Below, in pieces: positions 1 through 11,901 of a stretch of DNA of 57,884 nt. This DNA comes from Vairimorpha necatrix (Eukaryota), in contig CP142730.1 of assembly GCA_036630325.1 (NCBI GenBank), positions 1,240,001 to 1,297,884 on the forward strand. Reading direction: 5' to 3'. The notes below the pieces were generated by a model. That model searched no databases and was not told the DNA's origin. It saw only the letters and a program-made list of their open reading frames with translations. How positions within the stretch are numbered: the stretch's first letter is position 1; each line of letters begins with the position of its first letter. Made by a program: the position numbers and the translations under genes.

Positions 1-199
1 TGTCCAGTTTATTTTTTTTAGGAATAATTAAAATTTCTTTTTATTATTGGTTCTTATGCATTATTAACAAAAAAATTCATATTCTTTTATAATCAAAATT
101 TCGTAAATATAAATTTCGAAGTCCATTTTTTGACTAAAAAAGTAGTAAATTTATAACCGGTGTCAATTAAACATATTCAAAGATAGAATTTCCACTTAT

Positions 200-237
200 T
201 GTAGGGTTTAGAACCCTTAATAAATAAATGGTTAACA
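200..237 (+). repeat. 5' LTR, 38 bp
   Basis: Exact match to 3237-3274. Contains the AGGGTT/AACCCT hairpin, ACCC, overlapping AATAAA hexamers (219-228) and the ORF's ATG. Confidence 0.95.
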
Positions 238-3200
238 TGGCGAACACAAGGATGAACAGGGAAACAAGAGAGTCCCGTAGTCAAGAGGCTAGAACATTAG
301 AGAAAGAGGCAATTAGGATAGATAAGAGACTAAAGTTAATATTGAAAGTTGAGAAAGTTGAGTGGAAAGATGTTATGGATTTGGCATCTGCGAACTTGCA
401 GGATTATATTTTTGAAAATTTTTGTGACGGAAGGAGCAGTTGGGAGGAAATTTATAAAGGCTTACAAAAAGGAGCAGAATTTGAGAGAGAGTCAGAAGAA
501 AGACAAGAAATGATTAAAGAGATTATGGATAAAGTGTTGAAAGAGTTTAGGGAAGAAAGAAAAGAAAATCTTAGGATGTATAGGAAAAGAAGAGAAATCA
601 GAGAAACTACAAAATGTTTTATATGTAAGAAAGAAGGGCATTACGCTAGAGAATGTCATGAAAGTGTAGCTGGTAGGGAAAAATATAAAATTAAAAAGGA
701 ACAAGTTTTACAGAAAGAACCAATTATCAACAATGAAGGGAAAAGATGTAAAACAGTAAATAAGTTAGAAAATTTAATTGAAAAGTATCCGGAAGTTTTT
801 AAAGAATCAGAAGAAAAGATAAAATATCTCACAGGAGAGAAGTGTCCAATAAATACTAAGCAAGGTGAAAAGGTTGTGAAAAGAGGGCAGAATGTGCCAT
901 ACTACCTTAGGGTGAAATTTGAGGAGTACTTGAATAAGTTGGAAAATAGAGGGGTTATAAGACGTTCCAAAAGTGAGTGGAGGAGTCCAATAAGAGCACT
1001 TGAAAACCCAAATGGGGACGTAAGATTGGTAAGCAATTTGATGGCGTTAAACGATTTGGTTGACAAGGACCCGTACTCACTACCGTTAATTAAGGATATT
1101 ATGAGAGCCACACAGGGGTCAAAAGTATTTACGGTTATCGACTTAAAAGAAGGGTTTTATCATATTGAGATTGAGGAGCACCATAAGCACAAAACAGCAT
1201 TTGAAGTGAATGGTCGAGTATACGAATGGAATAGTATGGTTATGGGGTTTAAGAATTCGCCTCATATAATGCAGAGAGTAATGAACAGAGTTTTAGATGA
1301 ATTCAGAGGTAAAGGCGTGGAAGTATATATGGATGATATAGTTATTCATGGTAAAGACGTAAGAGTGCATGACGAGTTACTAGAGAGGGTAATTAAAAAG
1401 TTTAAAGAGTGTGGGTTGAGAATAAACCAAACAAAGATACAATACAAAAAAGATGAGGTGATGTTGCTGGGAGTAACAATTAATGGGGAGGTCATGGGAC
1501 CGAATGAGATTAAAAAGCAGGAGACATTGGAATATAGAAAACCTGAGAATGTTAGAGAGTTAAGAAGATTTTTAGGACTAACTGGTTGGTTTAGAGACTT
1601 TATTCCCAACTATGCGTATAGAACAGTAAGGCTTACTGAGGCTTTAAAGAAAGATGTTAAGTGGAATTGGACGGAGGATATGGAAAGAGCTTTTGAGGAT
1701 ATGAAGCAAGGCTTGAGAGATATGAAAAAGTTGAAGATTCCGGACGGAAAAAAGCTATTTAGAGTAAGAACTGATGCGTGTGATACGGGGATCGGAGCAA
1801 TTCTATTACAAGAAAATAAAGAGGGTGAGTGGATTCCGATACAATGGGCATCGAAAATGTTGACTCCTACCGAGCGAAGATATACGATAAGTGAGAAGGA
1901 GATGTTGGTGGTGTTTTTTGGAATAAAGAAGTTTGAAAGTGATTTGAGAGGAAGGAAATTTCATTTGATGACGGATCATAAAGCATTAGCAGAGATCAGA
2001 AATAAGCCATACTTCAATAATAACAGAATAAACAGATGGGTAGAACAGATACAAGAGTTTGACTTTACAATAGAGTATGTGAAAGGGGAGTTGATGACAG
2101 ATGCAGATGCGTTAAGTAGGCAGTATGATCAGGTAGAAGTTTCGGATGAACAAAAAGAAAAGGACAACAAGAGAAAAGAAGTGATCGAAAAACAAATTTT
2201 GGGAAAAAAGCAGAAACATATTAAAGAAAAGGACGGTAAACAGTATTGGGAATTTTCCACAGGTGAGGTGAAAGAGATATTGAGCCTAGATAGTAGAGAA
2301 CATGAAATAACAAGAGTACATGAGGAGTTAAACCATAGAGGTGTCAAAGGCACTTATTATAACATTAAACAAAGATGGTATTGGCCTGGTATGAAAGATC
2401 ATATTAATAAGGTAATTAAGAATTGTGAAATATGTGGGATTAACAATAGGAAAAACACAGGAGGATGTGATTTCGTAGTAACTAGAAAGAAATTGGAGAA
2501 AGTGGCGTTGGATTTAATGGACATAGGTGGAGAGAATAAGTATGTGTTACTGGGTATTGATTACTTTACTAGAAGGTTGTGGGGTTCGAATTTGAGATGT
2601 AAAGAGAGTAGTGAAGTTATAGAGGTATTACAAAAGTGGATAAGGGAAGATGGATTTCCAGAGGAATATGTGACAGACAACGGAAAAGAGTTTGTAAGTA
2701 ATAGATTTAAAGAATGGTGTAGTATTAATGATATTAAACATAGGAAAGTGGGCTTAGAAGCTCATAGGAGTAATGGTAGAATCGAGAGATGCATCAGAAC
2801 TATAAGAGAGACATTGATAAAGCAAAATGATGGGAATATTTCTGAAAAGATAGAAAGAGCAATCAAAGGATATAATAATACACTACATACAGCAATAAAA
2901 TGTACGCCGATGGAAGCGTGGAGAGATCAAACTGCTGAAGTTTTAATTGAAAATGATGAAAATGGAAAATATGCTGGTCGGTTCAAGAGAAGACACAGAG
3001 AGACATTTACAGTAGGCCAAGAGGTAAGAATCGCTAGGAGAGAAAATTTAGGTACACGTGCGAAAACAGACAAGGGAAGATTCACGGGTCGCGGAAGGAT
3101 CGTAGCTATAAGTGAAAATGATTCATATATTGTGAGACTACTGGATGGTAAAATTGTTAAAAAGAGGCATTATGATTTGAAAGAGATAAGGAAGAGTTGT

Positions 3201-3248
3201 TTAAAAGATGGAGAGACTACCCGTCTGGAGGGGGGATGTAGGGTTTAG
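228..3248 (+). CDS. Gag-Pol polyprotein (short Gag with CCHC knuckle, RT, RNase H, integrase); no protease motif seen
   Basis: 1006-aa ORF. CFICKKEGHYAREC knuckle; RT IDLKEGF...YMDD; RNase H TDAC...TDHKAL...ADALSR; integrase HEELNH...CEIC with LDLMD/TDNG/IERC; SH3-like C-terminus. An alternative ATG lies at 237. Confidence 0.95.
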   Translation: MVNMANTRMNRETRESRSQEARTLEKEAIRIDKRLKLILKVEKVEWKDVMDLASANLQDYIFENFCDGRSSWEEIYKGLQKGAEFERESEERQEMIKEIMDKVLKEFREERKENLRMYRKRREIRETTKCFICKKEGHYARECHESVAGREKYKIKKEQVLQKEPIINNEGKRCKTVNKLENLIEKYPEVFKESEEKIKYLTGEKCPINTKQGEKVVKRGQNVPYYLRVKFEEYLNKLENRGVIRRSKSEWRSPIRALENPNGDVRLVSNLMALNDLVDKDPYSLPLIKDIMRATQGSKVFTVIDLKEGFYHIEIEEHHKHKTAFEVNGRVYEWNSMVMGFKNSPHIMQRVMNRVLDEFRGKGVEVYMDDIVIHGKDVRVHDELLERVIKKFKECGLRINQTKIQYKKDEVMLLGVTINGEVMGPNEIKKQETLEYRKPENVRELRRFLGLTGWFRDFIPNYAYRTVRLTEALKKDVKWNWTEDMERAFEDMKQGLRDMKKLKIPDGKKLFRVRTDACDTGIGAILLQENKEGEWIPIQWASKMLTPTERRYTISEKEMLVVFFGIKKFESDLRGRKFHLMTDHKALAEIRNKPYFNNNRINRWVEQIQEFDFTIEYVKGELMTDADALSRQYDQVEVSDEQKEKDNKRKEVIEKQILGKKQKHIKEKDGKQYWEFSTGEVKEILSLDSREHEITRVHEELNHRGVKGTYYNIKQRWYWPGMKDHINKVIKNCEICGINNRKNTGGCDFVVTRKKLEKVALDLMDIGGENKYVLLGIDYFTRRLWGSNLRCKESSEVIEVLQKWIREDGFPEEYVTDNGKEFVSNRFKEWCSINDIKHRKVGLEAHRSNGRIERCIRTIRETLIKQNDGNISEKIERAIKGYNNTLHTAIKCTPMEAWRDQTAEVLIENDENGKYAGRFKRRHRETFTVGQEVRIARRENLGTRAKTDKGRFTGRGRIVAISENDSYIVRLLDGKIVKKRHYDLKEIRKSCLKDGETTRLEGGCRV

Positions 3249-3274
3249 AACCCTTAATAAATAAATGGTTAACA
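3237..3274 (+). repeat. 3' LTR, 38 bp
   Basis: Exact match to 200-237. Preceded by the PPT, followed by TSD CTTAT, and contains the ORF stop TAG (3246-3248). Confidence 0.95.
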
Positions 3275-6200
3275 CTTATTAATATCTCAAAGGATCTTTT
3301 TAATAGCTAGATTTAAATTTCATAACCCAAACATTATGTTCCTATTATTTTACCTTTTTAAAAATTTAAGTAAAATTTTTTAAATGAGGATAAACATACA
3401 ATTTCGAAATATGATTTTTTTTATGCCATTAAAATTGGAGATCATAATAAAAACAAAAACCTTTTTTATATTGAAAAGCCAACCATCGTACAAAAATTTC
3501 AATGGCCAATAACTTGTGATGCCTACCACAATGCTAAAAGGCTCTTGTCTGTATTAATATACAATTTTTTTTTGAACTATTTAGTAGTCCATTAGAAAAC
3601 AAGGCCATATTAAGTAATATTAAAATATTGCAAGAGCCTGTACTTAAATTACTAATTTGATCTAAGAAGTTACACGTGACAAGCAACATGTTCATTTTAA
3701 ATACTGTCAAAAGTATTCAAATTTTATCATACAGCTTCTAAAGCGTCGAATTAATTTTTGAAATTTTAGTATTTCATTTCTATTTTTTAACTCGAAATAC
3801 AAAATCAAAAAATTAGAATTGCTCAAATGAAAGATTTGAAAATCTCAATCAAATATGAGAACAAACATGAAGACTCATAGAAATTCAAACAAACAAATAG
3901 AACTATCTAGGCGCAAAAGCAAAAGTTTTTAATAATAGAAAAACATAAAATTTTTTATTAAGCTTTGAAAGAGTGCAATTTTGTTTGTCAATAAAAAATA
4001 ATGTAAACTCGAGAATATGTTCTTTGAGATACATTCCTCCATTGAATTTTATTATTCAAATTCCTTGTTTTCTATTCCACTGAGATTTATTTTAGGAATT
4101 ATTACTATCAATATAAGATTTTATATCAGCTTTCATTTCATTATGAATCTCTCGTTTCTTTGTATATAGCCTGGTATTTAGTGATTATGTTGCTACTGAG
4201 AAAACTTTTTATTATGAAAGATCAAAAAACATATTATATTGGGAATACAGACGAAACTATACATATTTACAAACCACATAAAAAATAATAGAACAGCAAA
4301 CGCAAAATATGCAAATGTAGTTAATTGTTCTAAAAAGGCGCCTTAAAATATCTATTATTCCATGAGCACATTTTTTTAAACCTGTAAAAATCGGACATTT
4401 AATGGTCAAATAAAAAACCTGTCTTTTATGATTTTTTTACAACAATATATCCGAAAAGACGCTGTATTCAACCTTTTTCAAAGACGAATGGCACATACTA
4501 ATCCGTCCCTACTTATTTAGACCATTTTTTAAAAAAGTACTCATGTAATTTGCTTTTCAGGTGAGCAATATAGAGCTATATAATAAATGTATTTTTTCTA
4601 CTACAAATGTAGTTAATTTGCTTAGGACTAATTTGATTTTGAGCTTATCTTTGTATTTTGTTATAATTCTTCATCTTGTCTTGGCTTTTTTTAGGAAAAG
4701 AATAAAGAAAACTTATATACTGACAAAGAATATCCTATCTACTGTACAAATATTATAAATTGTTTTCCTCTCTCTTTTTTTAGTACAAATTTCACTTATT
4801 ACTAATAATATAGTCTCCATAAGAAACTTAAGACGTTTTTTAATTTTTTTTGTTAGTATGAAATTGTTATACCACTATTTTTATCTAAAAAATGTATAAA
4901 TTTTTTCTTCTAAGTTTGATATTTAAAATCATAATCACAGTAGTTATTATATAGCTAATTTAACTTTCATTAAATCCGATTTTTTTTTCATTTCTAACAG
5001 TACTACAATCATCTATCAGTATTAGTTCCCTTTAAAAATTCTTGTTAAGTCTTTACGAAATATTTCCGTTTAAATTATCATGTTCTTTAACAATTTGGTC
5101 AATTTTTATAATTGACAATTTATAAATAATTTTAAACTTTGATATTTAAGCATCAAAGATACTATTTATTAGTCAAAGCTTATATTAAGAATAATAACGA
5201 AAGTCAAATATTACAATATACTACATAATTCCTATTAAAATATATGTAAACAGATATTCATAATTTTTAAATCTACGACCATATATTTGTAATATATATT
5301 ATCATTTGAAATTATTCAGTCATTTGAATTTTTTTCATATAAATAAAAGACTTTGTGTCTTATTTTGTACCTAGCTTAAAACGTGCAAAATTTATTTCAA
5401 TGGGTTTTTATAAAAATATTAATAGAGATAGATTACTTTTTTTTCCTCAAATAGTGTCAACAGTAATTTATTAAAGACGGGGACGCGTTTTAACAAAACG
5501 TAAAAAATAATATGTACCTCATAAATATTTACTTTTCAGACTTTGTATATTTTCTAAATATATATAAGTTTTTTTTCATTAAAATTTTAATTTTGATTTT
5601 AAAATTCATACTCTTATTGTATAATTTTCTAATTTGTACAAAACCACTGAGTAATTTTATTCTAACCACGAAAAGCAGCATAATAAACAATATAACAGAT
5701 AAAGTTTGATAAACAAAAAAACATATTTGTATTCAAATATCATTACCCCCTTGCGCCTTAGTACGCCATCCCTTAGAACACGCCACCAGTTTACTGTTAG
5801 ATAAGCATTGTTTTCTGTAATCGACAGATTTACTTATAAAAGTTAAATCTTGAGCCGTAAATGTTTTTAATATATCATATGATAAATTTAGATAAGGTAT
5901 AACTTTTTTAAGAAATTCCAAGTATGTGGACTTTTTTTTCCTCGCAAAAAAGTATGAAAAATTTACGAGCATTAGATTATAAATGAAATTTTAGACATAC
6001 TATATTGCTAATCAATCAAATATTTTTAATAAGTAAAAAAATTGATCAAGCATTTAAGAATTTGTTAAGAAAATATTAAGACTGAAAAATCAAAAATAAA
6101 ATCTTTTGATGTATTTGTATTTGCTAATGGGTATGCTTTTTACAGCTTAACAAATTGCAAATTTCTATGTTATCTTGTGAATTGCGTAAAATTTTTTTTA

Positions 6201-8329
6201 ATTAATACAGTCTTGCTTGATATTCAAGAAGTAATAATATATTAAAACAATATCGTGAACTTAGAATTTTTTTTCATTATGAGACTCTATTTTTGTATTG
6301 CGAAGGTATCTAGAAATACTTAAGTACCGAACGATATTAATTCTCTAAGCAATCTAATACATAATGTAGCAAAACATAAAAGTAATTTTCTTTTTCAGTA
6401 AAATTTATATAAATTTCATCAATCGAACAATTATTTATAATTTGTTGTATAACCATCATTTCGTGTAAGTTTAACTTAATCTGCTAAAATTATATTATCT
6501 GAATCACAAAAAAAAAATGAGTTTAAGCTATCATATGTTTTTTTACTTATTAAAACACTGGAAATAACTTCATTCGCGTTTTGTTAGTTTATCACATGGT
6601 ATTTTTATTTTTCTTAGTAATTTATTCTATACATTTATCAATATATAAATTTAGAATCGATTCACCGACTAATAATTTTGCCCGTTTTCAATATTCGACT
6701 TCTTCTAATTCAATTGTAAGTTTTAGTTCCTAAAGATTTTAAGTGAGTGCTTTTAAGATAAAAAATTTTTGTAAATCGCCGAGTCTAACTTACATATAAA
6801 TTGTTTCGTAAAGCATTTTTAGTGTTTCTATCATATAAAACAATGAAAGAAAATTCACATTCCCTTTGTTCACTAGCATTATTTTTAGTATTCTATAAAA
6901 AAATCTTTAATAATTCGTTTTTCGACATTCGTCGCATGCGCACTTTGTATCAATACTATGATATCTTTACCTGGTGAAAAAAAAACGTCTCTGAAAATGT
7001 TCTAGATTATTTTATATTAATCGATACTCCGATAAGTGCGCCTTCAACAAAACCTTCTTCATTTTTACAATTACTTAAATTAATTTTGTTACATTGAACC
7101 TAATTTTCGCAGTTTCATAATTTAATTAAAGCTGATTTTATAAAACCTTTTTGATTTTGTCATATAGCATTTATTTTTATGTCGAAATATAATCGCAAAA
7201 GTTCCAAAAAACGTTTCACAATCAATCTCCGAGGTGTCGAAAATGTCAAATATAAATTATTAATAATTTATAAGATATAATAACAGTGTCGTTATTACAA
7301 AAGCTAACGTAATTATGCCAATTTTTATTGCGCTAATAAGAGAATTTTATGAAAAAAGAAAGAATTTATGTTCAAAAATAAAAATTAAATTTAGAAAAAA
7401 TTCTTAAGTTTAAATTAGTTTATTCATCATGATTATTTACAAAATACTATATCCGTCGAAAGTATTGTAAAATTTTTAAAACAAATTTTTCAAATAAAAC
7501 TTGTCAAATAAAGTTTAAACTTCCTTTTCACAATATTTTTAGATATGTAAAATATTTATTTAATATTTATCTAAATATTTTACAGTAGATACCTTAAATA
7601 AGTATCTTAATATAGTAATGACAAGATGATCTCAGTAACTAGATCTTTATCCTGTAACGAACTAAAAACAAACATGTGTAATTAGGCTTTTAAAATATAC
7701 TTGAATAAAAAATAATAATTTTGAAAAAATCTAAAGGATGGGTTAGTTTTGATGATTTTCAATTAATGTTTGACAGTTACAGTATGAAATTTAAATATTG
7801 TTACTATCTTGATCATAACTACAATAAAAAGAATCAAACACTTAAATCATCGTATGTATTATATCATGATCTAAATTTATTAATATAGTTTTTATATATT
7901 TTTACAAATTTTAAAATTATCTAATTTATATGTAAATTTATAATTATTAAAATTGCACTAATATAAAAATCTGATGAATATTTTATTTTTTTTTCAGCTT
8001 GCATTTGTCTGAGTAGATCTAATTCACCATCTTTTAACAATTATCCCCACATATATTCTCTAAATGATTTTATGGCTATAATATCAAATGTAGTTTTAAG
8101 TTTAATTGACCTTTTTATATTAATTTCTGAAATGTTAAATATTAAAAATTAAATTTCTACAGAACAAACACTATAGTTGTTGACCCATGTTATTACGTGG
8201 TATTAAATATTTAATATGATATATTAATTAATGAAAAATCAAAATCAACATTTATTTAAAATAAAAAACTCTGTAACAATGTTTTTAATATGTAATATAC
8301 GAAAAAACGAAAACAAAGGCAACTAAGTA

Positions 8330-9631
8330 TTAATTTTTATTTATTTTTCTTAATAAAAATACCGAAAAAGCAAATATTAATATGAAAATGGCATATAACA
8401 ACAAATAAAGATATGGTTTGCTATTTCTGTCATTGGGATTATCTTTTGAATCATTGTTATTATTGTCGTGTTTACTATCGGGTATCGAGGTTTTTAGAAT
8501 CTTATCCGCCTTTTCATTCTCAAGATTATTATCAAATTCTGAGTTATCAAGCTTCTTTTCAGACTTTTCATTCTCGAGCCCTAAATTGCCTGGATTCTGA
8601 TCAAGCGTTTCGTCATCAAGATTTTTATCAGGCTCTGATTGCAAATAATTTAGGTTCTTATCAGGGATTTCGTCCGCAAGACCCATATCAGGAGTTTTGT
8701 TCGCAAGATTATCATAAGTTTCTGAATTTTTTGAATTTACACTATATTCTTCTTTCTCTTGATTATTATCCAGCTTTACGTTGCCATTCTTATCTGAGAT
8801 TTTATTTATAAGTTTATTATCAGATTCCAAATTGCCTAGAATCTTATCAGGCGTTTCGTCAAATAAAGTTTTGTCGGTTTCCGAGTTATTTAAATTCTTA
8901 TCAGAAGTTTCTTTATCAAGATTATTATCAGGTCTTATGTTACTTAGATCAGCATCGAGTTTTTCGTTTTTAAGATTATCAATCGGTTCTATATTCAGTT
9001 GTTTTTTATTTTCTTTAGTATTTTCATAAGTATCATTTTGCTCAAGATTCTTATTACTATTATCCAAACTATTAGTACTCTCCGAATCAGAATTATTTAT
9101 TACATTTGAACTATTCTGGCTCAAATTATTTATAATTTTTCTTGCTTTTAGTATGACTAGCTCCCCAAAATGTAATTTACCATCAAAATTAAATAATTGT
9201 GTGTAAGAAAGATCTTTGGGTCCATTATTCGCTCTTTCTAAAAGAAGTCCAAAAAAATATTTTCTTCCATCCGCTAAGTTGATTGTACATTTATAATATT
9301 TTACACTTTTAATAAATTTTCTAATACAATCGTAACGATTAAATTTTTCTGCAGCTTTTCTGATCTCACAAAATGCCTCTTTTTTTATTAGTTGTAAGTC
9401 GCTTTCATTACCTGCCATCGATAGTTCTACTTTATCATATAAATCGTCTCGATTTGGAAGCTCAGAAATAAAATCTTCGTCTTTAAGAAGCGTAATTCGC
9501 AGGTTTTCTAGACCGCTAGCAAAGCTTGTAATACCAACATATACATCACATGTATCATTTTCTTTATACTCAACAAATAGTGATAGCCAACAATATCCCC
9601 AAACAATAAATATTTGAAGCTTCCAATACAT
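8330..9631 (-). CDS. Hypothetical type I membrane/surface protein with N/D/K-rich repeats
   Basis: 433-aa ORF with ACCC 2 nt upstream of the ATG. Hydrophobic N-terminus, degenerate DKNL..E.D repeats, C-terminal TM segment YLYLLLYAIFILIFAFSVFLL followed by a short basic tail. Confidence 0.88.
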   Translation of the reverse strand: MYWKLQIFIVWGYCWLSLFVEYKENDTCDVYVGITSFASGLENLRITLLKDEDFISELPNRDDLYDKVELSMAGNESDLQLIKKEAFCEIRKAAEKFNRYDCIRKFIKSVKYYKCTINLADGRKYFFGLLLERANNGPKDLSYTQLFNFDGKLHFGELVILKARKIINNLSQNSSNVINNSDSESTNSLDNSNKNLEQNDTYENTKENKKQLNIEPIDNLKNEKLDADLSNIRPDNNLDKETSDKNLNNSETDKTLFDETPDKILGNLESDNKLINKISDKNGNVKLDNNQEKEEYSVNSKNSETYDNLANKTPDMGLADEIPDKNLNYLQSEPDKNLDDETLDQNPGNLGLENEKSEKKLDNSEFDNNLENEKADKILKTSIPDSKHDNNNNDSKDNPNDRNSKPYLYLLLYAIFILIFAFSVFLLRKINKN

Positions 9632-10299
9632 TTGGGTTTTTTTGAAAATCGAATATTTATCTCATAAAATTAATATAAATTTTATTATGACATTTATGAT
9701 AAAACAAAAAAAGAAAACTATACATTTTTTAATATCTTAAACTTTTTTCTTGTTTTCTAATTACAACTCAAAAATCAATTTAGTGAATAATCATAACGAA
9801 CTTGTGAAAAAAGTTTAGCTTAACAAATTAAAAATTGACTTTTTTCTAAATAGTTAACTACTAAAGATATTAGTTGAATATGTACAATTAACGAAACACT
9901 TTAAAGTTTATGATAACTTGTGTTCTTATACAAATAAAAGTCTCTGAACTATATCTATAATGCTTTTTAAAATAATGGACAAATAGTCTCAGAACTAATT
10001 GTCTGTATATATTCTTGGAATATACTTTACAAATAAAACATTTTAAAAATCATAAATGATGTAATGTATTTAATTCTATTATTATGATCAATCAAAATCA
10101 ATCCCATAGATGATGTTTCAAAAATGTTTATTATTATTGTATTAGTTAATTTGCAATATAAAAACCTCATTCTAAATAGGTAGCAAAAATATAGTCATTG
10201 TAATTCTTCTGTGTTTTACAATAGTTACGTTGATTTTGGCTTATGTAATTTTGATTTTAATTAAAAATGCGTCATTATAAAAAACATTTCTCTCACATG

Positions 10300-11470
10300 C
10301 TATTTTCGTGAAGAGAAAACAAAGTGATATTATTTTTTATTCTAGTTTCCGGTTATTCGAGACCTTATCATAGCAAACAAAAAATATGAAAAAAACGTCG
10401 GCTAAAATCAGCACCTGTAAGAAAAAATAACAGGGGTAAAATTTTTAAAAAATTGCCCCTTTTTTCAAAAAAAGAGATGGATAAGTAATGAAGAGGCTGA
10501 AGATTTAAAAAGCCTATTTTAAAAATAAAAACCTAAATGTACAAAGTTGAGACACCGCATAAGAATAACTGAAATTTTTTTATTAAAAAAGCAAGCAGAG
10601 ATTTTTTAATTAGGAATAATTTTTTATTTTTTAATAGTAAGATAGAATATTTATTATCTAAAATGTTATTTTGTAGATCTTTTAGGTTAACGTAACTCAA
10701 ATTTTAAAAGTGTAGATCGTAACGAACAAATCGTAGGTTACGTGTTTGAAATTTATTATAAAAATATATGATAGGCATTTGAATAACCCAGGACAGCTTT
10801 AGGCCATTAATTCGTTGTAGATATAGGCTAAATTTCAACTGGTTAAAATAAATTTTATACGAGCAGATTTGTTTTTTGTTTTTGAAAAAACTATAGCAAA
10901 AAAAATTATAGTCTTTGAAATTATGAATGAGAAAAAACAAGGATCAATGCTTCCGATTATATTCAATCATGTAAGTTTTAGATTTGTCAAAAATGCAGAT
11001 ATATGAAAGGCCTTAAACTATTTAATATTATTATAGGTATTATAAAGATGTAATTCGCCGTAAATCATTTTAAAATGAGTGTCCATTCAAACATTAAAAG
11101 CGAAATAAAGATCTTGCAAGCCTCTGTACCTCTGGGTATAAGATATATTTTCTTTTAGAAATATATTTGAATCTTTATATGATTAGAAAAAATTGAAGCC
11201 GAGATACTAAAAACTATTATAGTAAATATGTTGTCAATATTTTTTTTACTTATTATATCTTAATTTTATAACATTTCTATATACAAGTTAAGTTTTGAAG
11301 TTTTCCTTTTCTTTTCTTTTTTAAAAAGGGACAGTTTTTAAAAAATTTTGAATCCAAAAATTTTTTTACAAGAATGCTATTTTAGCCAAATTGTCTTATT
11401 TCAGCCAACAAATTAAAAAAGAAACAAATAGAAATAAGACTACCAAAGAACTACATTGTCATGAAAAATA
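10300..11470. mobile_element. Degenerate non-autonomous TIR element (MITE-like)
   Basis: Imperfect inverted match: GGCTAAAATCAGCACCTGTAA...TTTTTAAAAAATTGCCCCTTTTT (about 10400-10470) versus the reverse complement of about 11310-11390. Outer ends and TSD are not resolved. Confidence 0.45.
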
Positions 11471-11901
11471 TAGAAAAATTTAAATTTTAAAAAAGATTAC
11501 ATTTTACACATAAATAAAAAGGCCACTAGAGTTAAATCTACTTTTTTATTCATTTTACTAGAAAGCAAATTTTTTGTGATTTCAAAAGAGTTCCTATTTT
11601 TACCTACTTGTTAAAGTATGCTGAAGGCAGGTAACTTGATCTAAACTATGTTAACTATTCTTTCATGTACTTATGACATCTTTTTTTATAACTGAATTCG
11701 TCGCTCATTATTTTACAATCTTACTTGAAAAACTTGATAAGTCGTTAAAAATATTTGTCAAAATGTACAGTTTATACTAATATGTGAATTAAACTGAATG
11801 TATAAATATAATTAAAGTTAAAATTCTATGTTACGTAAAAATGATTTGCTATTTATTAATGTTTTTACAAGCAAGCTATATTGTTTTAATCAGTACCATT
11901 T

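Larger units (their letters stand above)
200..3274 (+). mobile_element. Ty3/Gypsy LTR retrotransposon with 38-bp LTRs (family A, intact copy)
   Basis: Identical direct repeats TGTAGGGTTTAGAACCCTTAATAAATAAATGGTTAACA at 200-237 and 3237-3274 (TG...CA). TSD CTTAT at 195-199 and 3275-3279. PBS-like TGGCGAACAC at 238. PPT GGAGGGGGGA at 3227-3236. Domain order RT-RH-IN. Confidence 0.96.

Noticed and set aside
202-212. Telomere-like TAGGGTTTAG in the family A LTR (TTAGGGTT at 55192)
   Set aside because: Too short, does not match the TAGG/TTAGG pattern well, and is explained by the hairpin arm.
492-2353. Short minus-strand ORFs within the family A element (similar ones overlap 8413-9029, 12027-12646, 14757-15582 and 20450-22672)
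   Set aside because: Mostly antisense or alternate-frame shadows of long purine-rich coding sequences, low-complexity, with no independent support.
3400-4500. Possible Tc1/IS630-like relic
   Set aside because: Motif fragments are weak and wrongly spaced, and no TIRs were found.
5733-7300. Possible piggyBac-like transposase relic on the minus strand (MLVNFSY...YLEF...CSKGWRTK)
   Set aside because: Only a vague resemblance. No catalytic motifs, TIRs or TTAA TSD could be established without a profile search.
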